From the NCBI RefSeq assembly GCF_009914755.1, contig NC_060937.1: DNA of 64,000 nucleotides; one strand, given 5' to 3'. The notes below the pieces were generated by a model. That model was not told where the DNA came from. It ran no database searches and worked only from the letters and a program-made list of their open reading frames with translations. Positions 54,480 to 64,000 of this stretch are shown one piece after another (position 1 is the first letter of the stretch; each line of letters begins with the position of its first letter). Source of the stretch: the human T2T-CHM13v2.0 reference genome, Homo sapiens. A program made the translations under genes and the position numbers.

Positions 54480-57345
54480 CTGTTCTGGTTATTTACTGCA
54501 TTACAAAGCACACCAAACTTGGTAGTCTAAAACAATAATCACTGTATTATATTCAGGATCTAAAGGCAAGAAATTCAGTTCCAGTTTAGCTAGATGAGTT
54601 TTCTGTCCTATATGGCATCAAATTGGGTTACTTAGTAGTATTCAGCTGGCAGTTAAGTTAGTCTGGGGGCTCAAAAATGACTTAACTCACATCTCAGGTG
54701 CCTTGGCAGAAATAGCTGGAAAGCTGTGCCCAGGAGTGTCACTCTCCATCACTATGAGGACTCATATCCTTCACATGTGGTCTGTCCAGCAGGGTGCTCA
54801 GATGTCTAATATGACAGCTTAGGGATCTGGTATGGTTTGGCTCTGTGTTCCCACCCAAATCTCACCTTGAATTGTATTCCCCATAGTCCTCAAGTGTCAA
54901 GGGCATAACCAGATAGAGGTAATTAAATCAGGGTGTGGTGTCCTCCATGCTGTTCTTGTGACAATGAATGAATCTCATGAGAGCTGATGGTTTTATAAGC
55001 ATCTGGCATTTCCCCTGCTTGCATTTCTCCTTCCTGATGCCTTGTGAAGAAGGTGCTTTCTTCCCCTTCACCTTCTGCCATGATTGTAAATTGCCTGAGG
55101 CCTCCCCAGCCATGCTGAACTGTGAGTCAAATAAACCTCTTTCCTCTATAAATTACCCAGTCTCAGGTATGTCTTTATTACCAGCCTGAGAAGGGACAAA
55201 TACAGTAAATTGGTACTGAGGTAGTGCGGTGCTGCTATAAGTGCACCCTAAAATGTGGAAGCAACTTTGAACCTGGGTAACAGACAGAGATTGGCAAAGT
55301 TTGGAGGGCTCAGAAGGAGAGAGAAAAGTATGGGAAAGTTTGTAACTTCCTAGAGACTTGAAGGGCTCAGAAGACAGGAAGATGTGGAAAGGTTTGGTAC
55401 TTCCTAGAGACTTGTTGGATGGCTTTAATCAAAATGCTGATAGCAATACAGACAATGAAGTCCAGACTGAGGTGGTCTCAGATAGAGATGAGGAACTTGT
55501 TGGGAGCTGGAGTAAAGATTATTCTTGTGATGCTTTAGCAAAGAGACTGGTGGCATTTTGCCCTGTCCTAAGATCTGTGGAAATTTTAACTTGAGAGAGA
55601 TGATTTAGGGTATCTGGCAGAATAAATTTCTAAGTGTCAAAGCATACAAGAAGAAGCAGAGCATAAAATTTTGGAAACGTTTCAGCCTGACAATATGATA
55701 AAAAAGAAAAACCCATTTTCTGGGGATAAATTCAAGCTGGCTGCAGAAATTTGCTTATATAGCCAGGAGCCAAATGTTAATCACCAAGACAATGGGAAAA
55801 ATGTCTCCAAGGCATGTCAGAGACCTTCATGGCAGCCCCTCCCATCACAGGCCCAGAGGTCTAAGAGGGAAAAACGGTTTTGTGGGCCAGGTCCAGGGTC
55901 CCCCTGCTCTATGTAGCCTCACAACATGGTTCCCAGTGTCCCAGCTGCTTTAGCGTAGTTGTGACTAAAAAGGGCCAAGGTACAGCTCAGGCTGTTGCTT
56001 CAGAAGGTGCAAGCCCTCAGCCTTGCGGCTTCCACATGGTGTTGGTCCTGTGGGTGCACATAAGCCAAGAATTGAGGTTTGGGAACCTCCACCTAGATTT
56101 CAGATGATGTATGGAAATGCCTGGATGTCCAGACAGAAGTCTGCTGCAGGAGTGGAGCACAGATGGAGAACCTCTGCTAGAGCAGTACAGAAGGGAAATA
56201 TGGGGTTGGAGCCACCATAAAGAGTCCCCACTGGGGCACTGCCTAGTGGAGCTGTGAGAAGAGGGCCAACATACTGCAGATCCTAGAATGGTAGATTCAC
56301 TGACAGCTTACACCGTGCACCTGGAAAAGCCAGACACTCAACACCAGTCTGTGAAAGCAGCTAGTAGTGAGGCTGTACCCTGAAAAGCCACAGAGGTGGA
56401 GCTGCCCAAGGCTGTGGGAGCCCCCTCTTGCATCAGTGTGACCTGTTTGTAAGACATGGAGTCAAAGGAGATCATTTTGAAACTTTAAGGTTTAATGACT
56501 GCTCTATTGGATTTTGGACTTGGATGGGGCTTTGTTTTGGCCAGTTTTTCCCATTTGGAACAGATGCATTCACCCAATGCCTGTAAGCCCATTGTATTTA
56601 AGAAGTAATTAACTTGCTTTTGATTTTACAGGCTCATAGGTGGAAAGGACTTGCCTTGTGCCAGATGAGACTTTGGACTTGAACTTTTGGGTTAATGCTG
56701 GAATGAGTTAAGACTTTGGGGGGACTGTTGGAAGAACATGATTGCATTTTGAAATGTAAGGACATGAGATTTGGCAGGGTCCAGGTAAGGAATGATATGG
56801 TTTGGTTCTGTGTTCCCACCCAAATCTCACCTTGAATTGTAATCCTCATAGTCCCCACCTCAAGGGCAGGACCAGTCAGAGGGAACTGAATCACAGGGGT
56901 GGATTCCCACATGCTGTTCTCATAATAATGAGTCTCGGGAGATCTGATGGTCTTGTAAGAGTCTGGCATTTCCCCTGCTTGCAATTCTCCTTCCTGCCAC
57001 CTTGTGAAGAAGGTGCCTTCCTTCCTCTTTGCCTTCTGTCATGATTGTAAATTTCCTGAGGCCTTCCCACCCATGGCGAGACAGACATGAACTGTGAGTC
57101 AATTAAACCTTTTTCTTTTATAAGTTACCCTGTCTTGGGTATCTCTTTATTAGCAGGATGAGAATGGACTCATACAAGATCCAACTATGAGTGCTCCAAA
57201 AGATAGAAAGTGGCAAAAGGTCACTTCTGTCATATTCTATCAGAGTATTCACAGAGCCTGCCCAGATTCAGGAAACAGAGACGTTGACCCAACATTTCAG
57301 TTTATGGAACATCACACATTTTCTGGTTACCTTTAATTCACCACA
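54480..57345 (-). mobile_element. MLT1H-type LTR split by a THE1D element
   Basis: ttactgcattacaaagcacaccaaacttggtagtctaaaacaata...tccagcagggt...gcttagggatc | ...tcacttctgtcatattctat...gcccagattcagg. Confidence 0.6.
54828..57176 (+). mobile_element. Full THE1D-type MaLR element: LTR 54828-55204, internal region, LTR 56793-57176
   Basis: tggtatggtttggctctgtg...ttttataagcatctggcatttcccctgc...; internal gtaaattggtact...; TSD ggatc/agatc. Confidence 0.93.
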
Positions 57346-57739
57346 TAACTAGAAATGGACTGGTGCATATGGTCATTAAAAATCTTAATATGTTAGAGCT
57401 GGAAGGATCCTGAGTGCACATTGAATTCTCTTCAATTAAAAAAAAGTGGTGCCAGTAAGCCCCAGTGACAATAAAGGTATTACTCAAGATAAAAGAGTTA
57501 ATCAGATTCAGAGCAGACACTAGACACTGACCTTCTGACAGAGTCCAGTATCCTTTGAACACTAAAAAACATGTGGATAGTAATTACTATTTTCTGTGAA
57601 ATCTTTTCTGGTATAATTATTATTATCCATAGTGCCATAAAACACAGTTTAGCACATAGCAGGTACTGAGTGGACTGCATAAAAAAATTTTTAAAAAAGT
57701 CTGTGCATATGAGTTTATAGTCTGGAAGAAGAAAAATTT

Positions 57740-58395
<656 letters not shown>

Positions 58396-61248
58396 TTATT
58401 ATCTCATTGTTATCTGGATATGGTCATCAACTGAAAGTGAGTTGTAGGGGAATGTAGGAATATCGAACAAAAGGAAGAAGGTATAAAACTGTTTTCTCAG
58501 AGAGTGGAAAAATGTATAAAATTTTAGAGCAATTGAGTGACCCTTTGAAGTAATGAGTTTTAAGTGAAACTAAGCAGTCTGCTGTAGTTTTCCTCCAGAA
58601 ATATTCAGTTGTTTAGATTTAGGTGCTGAGAAGGCAAAATATGTGTCAAGCAGAATTAGGATCTTGCAGAGCATGTAGGATAGAGAGAGAGGACTAAGAG
58701 AGTTAAAAGAGTTTGCAAGAAAGTGAAAATAAGGATGAATGTTGAAAGCTAAGCAGAACTGGGAGAGAAATTTGTATAATTTTTCTAACACAATAGAGTC
58801 ATTTCTTTAAAAATCATTTCTTTTGCAAAGGTGTAATAATTTTGAATAATTCCAAGTCCAGTTTTGTTAAAGAGAAATTAAAAAGCATGGAGATAAAAGT
58901 CATTGAAATTGAGGTCAAACAATGCTGCAGTTGAATCACATGTTCACTTATAAGTAAAGACAGAGGTTGGGTTTTAAGGCCTTAGGAGAATAAGAAACAG
59001 TCAAAGAGAAGGAAGAAAATAGCAGTAATGATAAGGAGAAAAGCTGATCAAATAGCCTGACGTCTTACATCTCAAAAGATGAGGGACCTTTTTGTGAGAG
59101 TGAAAGAACAGTTTTCTAAAAATTGTGCCTTGCAGCAAAAAGTGGTTAAGCTAATTTTCAAGATTCTAAAGTATACCAAATGGAGGAGAATTAGCAACAA
59201 TATCTTGAATAGGCTGTACGGAAGCTATATCTTTGTTTGCAGAATTGAAGAGTGTCTTTTAAGTCACAGGTGCTAGAAAAAAGATCATTCTGTCATCATC
59301 ATCATTCTTTTATTATTAAATTACCATTATTAGTCTCACCAGGGCCCGCTGGAAAAGACTGAAAGTAAGGGAACAGTGACAGGTGGTTCAGAAGATAGGA
59401 AGGGCAAAACAGTGGAAGGATGATAGTTGACAGAAGGTAAGTCGTTTTCTGAAAGTATTTACCTACTGTGTGATCACTAGGAGTAACAGTACTGAAAACC
59501 GTGATGATCTCAGGGTGTCCAATTAATTAGTCCTATTTGGTAACGGCTTGCATTAATTGTATTCCAAAGCACCATTTCTCACAATTTAACATGCATGTGT
59601 GTCACCTGATGACCTTTTTCTGATTCTGATTTGGTATATCTAAGTGTAGCCAAATTTGCTGCTTTTCTAACAGGCTCCCAGGTGCTGCTCTCTTTTCATG
59701 CGTATTAACCCAGTCAACGCGGGTTCTGTTGCCAACTTTACAGGCAGCAGAAACCAGTGAGAAAACCAAATGAAGGGAACCCCTCACTCTTCAGCTCCTA
59801 GTGCACAGTGCAAGCAACCAGAAGAATGAGATTTAAGTACTTTTGAAAAGTTTATTCACAGTTTAATGACTTAATATTTGTTATATCGATTTTCTATTAA
59901 GAAACTCATACTCTGAAGACCTTCTAGGAAGTATGTGATCAAGAATTTCATTAAATTATACTTATCAAATATCTCAACTCTTTCAAGAAGTGCTAAATTT
60001 TGGAGCAGGAAGAGAAAAAGTGATGTGTAGAAGGTGGAAGAATACCAAGAAAAGCATCATTCCATAAATAATTAATTGGTAATTCAACAAAGTTATATTC
60101 CATAACATATACAGGTTTTAATTTGTCAATTAAAAAGAAAAAAAATTGACTGACATAAGGATTACACACAGACAGAAACTTTTTTTAAGTTGTGGTGATG
60201 TGACTGAACTTGAGAGACAGTACTAATCCCTACTCATCATTAAGAAAAATATATCTGAGCATTTTTTTATATTTCTGTACACGTTTTAAAATCAACTAAT
60301 GAAAGACATTACATTTAGAAATCTGACTCAAGAATTTTCTTAGGTTATTGGGAAAAATGTCTGTGAAAGCTGGAGAAAATGTTTACACCAAAAAATAAAT
60401 TCCTAGTGAACATTACTAACAGTAGATCAGTCAAAAAGATCTACATTTTTCTAATTCAAAGGGTCAGAGGCAGCAGAGAAGAATTGGTAAGGTTTCATGG
60501 AGTGGCAGATACAAATATAATATATATCGTTACTTGAAATGGCTTTAAAAATATCCAAGAGAAGACAGAAGAAGAAATATGATTCATTTAGTTGCCTGAT
60601 GATACTTAGTATTTTCTCATGTAATCATTTATGTGGAGTGCCTTCTCTCTATTTCCCCACCTTGAGCTATTATAAAATGCCTCACTGTTGCCCCCAAAAT
60701 AGATATATTTAATTTTTTATTATACAGTGTGCCCTTTAGGGCTTATAATTTTTCTAGGATATTGTGGGAACTCAACTTCATGGGGTGAATGAATGGTTTG
60801 ATGTGGAGACTCAAAGCCGTAGTAGCATCAGACCCATGCTTCTGATCACAGAAGAATAAAAGGCAAGATTCTATAAACCCAATGCCTAAGAAGTCAGAGG
60901 TCCTGTGTGTGTGGCAGCATCTCTCACTGACAGCATGAATGGCTAGGACTATGATTAAGTCTCTGACTCCAACAGGGTCCCAGACTCCCAGATCTCTAAA
61001 TTAGGTGTCAGTAACATTTTTCTTGTAAGGAGCTATCAATAGAACCTCACTCAGGGATGGGATACAGGCATCTAAATCTGTAAACCTCAGACACGTTGAC
61101 CTAACTGTTCTCAGGGCTGTATTCTTGGGTCTAGGTATAAAACTGTGATAGGAACTGTCACTGGCAACAAGGACCTTAAAATCATTGTGCTCATAATCTT
61201 AGTAATGACTAAGAAAAGGCTAAATTATAATTCTGCCACTTTCCTCAT

Positions 61249-61752
61249 TGTGTTAAGTTTCTGTTGTTCTTTAGCATATTATATAAATGTAGTATCTTAA
61301 AAACAGCACACGTTTTTGATTTGACAGTTCTGTAGAAGTCCGACATGGATCTTCCTGGGCTAAAGTCAGAGTGTTATCAGAAATGTGTTCTTTTTTGTAG
61401 GTTCTAGGGGAGAATATGTTTCCTTGCTTTTCCAGTGTCTAGAGGCCATGCATGCATATTTCTTGGCTTATGGGCACCTTTCTAGATCCTCAAAGCCAAC
61501 AACATTGCTGCTTTCTGATCACTTTTCTATAATACCATCTCCCTCTTACTTAGACTATAGCTGGGAAAATGTCTCTTCTTTTTAAGGGCCCATGTGATTA
61601 GATTTGAACCACTTGAATGTGATTAAATGGGGAAATCTAATAGTCATTTTCACATCTCGAGGTCCTTAGCTTAATCACACCTATGAAACATTCCTAAATC
61701 CCAGGGATTAGGAAGAGAATATCTTTGTGGAGCCATTATTTTGCCTACCACA
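61249..61752 (-). mobile_element. MLT1D-type solo LTR
   Basis: ctaggggagaatatgtttccttgcttttccag...ccatgtgattagatt...ccagggattagg...gccattattttgcctaccaca; TSD ctcat/cccat. Confidence 0.8.
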
Positions 61753-62199
61753 CCCATTTTACGCTTTTCATCTCCTTTTTGAAACTCGGTAAGAATCACT
61801 TAGAGATTTCCCTGAAATCTCTTCTTAATCAGCTCAGAGGCCCTCATCTCTAATGAATAGTTGCAAGCTTAGGCCAAACTGCCAGTTCAATTATTATGGC
61901 AGGGCTTCATTATAGCCGTGTTATAAACATCTCAGGCAGTATTTATCTATTCATCTATAAAAGCATATAGTAAAGAGCAGGCTCATTTTATCATTAGTGT
62001 GCATCTTAGCTTGACCACACCCCCTGACACATTTTTAGAGTGAAAAGGACACTGTCAACAAGACATAAAAAAGGATTCAGATTAAAAGGCTAGAACAATT
62101 TAGGACAATCGCAGTAAATGAGGTCCATCCTAGGCAATCTGAGGCAGATGGTTTTCTTACTTACAAACCAGGTAAGGGGTTTTACATTTGTTCTATTGT

Positions 62200-62910
62200 G
62201 ATGTGATCTGATAACTGCTTTAAAAAGTTTATTATTCTGGCTGTAATGTGGAGATGTACTGTGAAGGGAAAGAGAAGAAGCAGGGAAATCAGTGAATAGG
62301 TCATTGCACTCGGGTATAGCATTGGAGATACTAAGAAATGATTGACTGTAAATTACAATTTAAATATAGTTGTGACTGGACATGAAGGTGCATGTGAGGA
62401 AAAGCACAGAATTAAGCATGACTCCTAGGATTTTAATCTAAACAAGTGGGTAGACAGCATTGTCGTAATCTGAAATACAGAGCACTGAGGATAAAAGTGT
62501 TGGTGTGCTGCAGGGCAGGTAAGAACTTTATCATGAGACTTATGTTTAAGAATTATTATTGTAGAAGGAATAGTTAATATCTTGTTATTGACCTTATATG
62601 AGCATAGTATAGAGGATGAGCAAGTTTGGAAATCGTATAAATTTCAGGGGTCAAAAGAGGTGGAAGAACCAGCAAAGGAGATGGGTAAATGGCCAGTGAG
62701 AAAGACAATTAAGAGTAGCAAGTGTTCAAGCAGGAGGAAGGCAGCCACTTGGCTAGTGTGCTAAGACTTGACAGGCACATTGAGACCTGGCCACTGGGCT
62801 TGCCAATTTCAGGAACTCAGTGTATGATAATTAATACTTTTTCAGTGGAATCATGAGGACCAAAACCCAGGTGGACTCTGAAGAAAAGAGAATTGAAGAT
62901 GAGTAGGTGG
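62200..62910 (-). mobile_element. L2 fragment
   Basis: tattctggctgtaatgtggag...gaagcaggga...aagcatgactcctaggatttt...gaagaaccagcaaaggag...agcaggaggaag. Confidence 0.6.
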
Positions 62911-63064
62911 CAATGGTGATAGTGGTTAATATAAAACCAAACAAAAACACAGAGTTTCAAAAGTCAGCAAAAAAAAAATGATGTTTATAAGACCCCTATT
63001 CTATATTTCTTTTTCAATCTTTTTCTTAGATTTCTACCAGTCATATGACACTAGGGTCATATAA

Positions 63065-63225
63065 CTACCTTACAGTGTGACCTTAGGCAAGTACTTTAAC
63101 TTCTTTTTCCTTAAACTTTTCATCTTTAAAATGGGGATAAGAAGAGTTGCTAGTCTCAGGTTGTTAAGAAGATTAAACTGGATAATGCATATAAAATGCT
63201 TGAAATAGCACCTCTATAATATTGG
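63065..63225 (+). mobile_element. MIR SINE
   Basis: tgtgaccttaggcaagtactttaactt...catctttaaaatggggataa...caggttgttaagaagattaaa...gataatgcatataaaatgctt. Confidence 0.75.
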
Positions 63226-63698
63226 GGCTTTATTATTTTAAAATTATTATCATTGTTGTTACTATTACCACTCAGAGTACCACAAACATTTGTTTATCCT
63301 TTATCCAGGCTAACAGAGACCCCATGATAGGAACATGGCAACAAATCTCCCCTTCTCTTCCGTGGAAGGAAAAAATGCTGTTCTAAAACAGGAAAAACAC
63401 ACCCCGATAACACTACTGGAATTTTACACTCTGGTACATAAAATTTCATGCATACCTATAATTTTTTAAAACAGAAACTAAATGCTTAAATATTTATTTA
63501 AATTCACTTTTAAAGCCATGCATGAGCAAGCTTGTTGATGAGTTTCTACTATATAATTTAATAACAATAATAGTTACCATCTGTTGAGAGCCCACTCTAT
63601 GTAAAGAGCTGTGTTAGGCAGTTTACACACATTATCTTGTTTAATAGCCATGATACTTTTTCTTTCTCTTTTTTTTTGGGGGAGGGCAGTGTTAAACA

Positions 63699-64000
63699 TT
63701 TTATTTTATTTTATTTATTATTATTATACTTTAAGTTTTAGGGTACATGTGCACAATGTGCAGGTTAGTTACATATGTATACATGTGCCATGCTGGTGCG
63801 CTGCACCCACTAACTTGTCATCTAGCATTAGGTATGTCTCCCAATGCTATCCCTCCCCCCTCTCCCCACCCCACAGCAGTCCCCAGAGTGTGATGTTCCC
63901 CTTCCTGTGTCCATGTGTTCTCATTGCTCAGTTCCCACCTATGAGTGAGAATATGTGGTGTTTGGTTTTTTGTTCTTGCGATAGTTTACTGAGAATGATG
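63699..64000 (-). mobile_element. Young L1PA2/3-type 3' end, runs off the window edge
   Basis: gcaggttagttac...atgctggtgcgctgcacccactaac...catctagcattagg...cccaatgctatccctccccc...gtccccagagtgtg; lacks the L1HS-Ta ACA diagnostic. Confidence 0.93.

Overview
AT-rich, repeat-dense primate genomic DNA (human or ape, judged from AluY, L1PA2/3-type and HERV-H/LTR7 sequences). No host protein-coding exon, RNA gene or CpG island could be recognised. The ORF track is almost all transposon remnants and microsatellite artefacts. Main contents: a complete 5,975-bp minus-strand HERV-H provirus (36311-42285; 453-bp LTR7 pair, CTCTT target-site duplication, tRNA-His primer site, decayed gag/pro/pol), two full MaLR (THE1D/MSTA-type) elements, many solo MaLR/ERV1 LTRs, L1s of several ages, five Alus, MIRs, L2s and DNA-transposon fossils. 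The most striking unexplained structure is the sequence HERV-H inserted into: a ~410-nt insert in an old L1MA, bounded by a ~17-bp direct repeat. It begins with ~63 nt of THE1-type LTR that stops exactly at the LTR splice donor and joins unrelated sequence, so it looks like a retro-copied spliced LTR-promoted transcript. A second unusual locus is an L1PA15/16-type element with an 87-bp inverted duplication at its 5' junction and an internal copy of its own 3' end plus flank. Repeat family names come from remembered consensus sequences, not from a RepeatMasker run.
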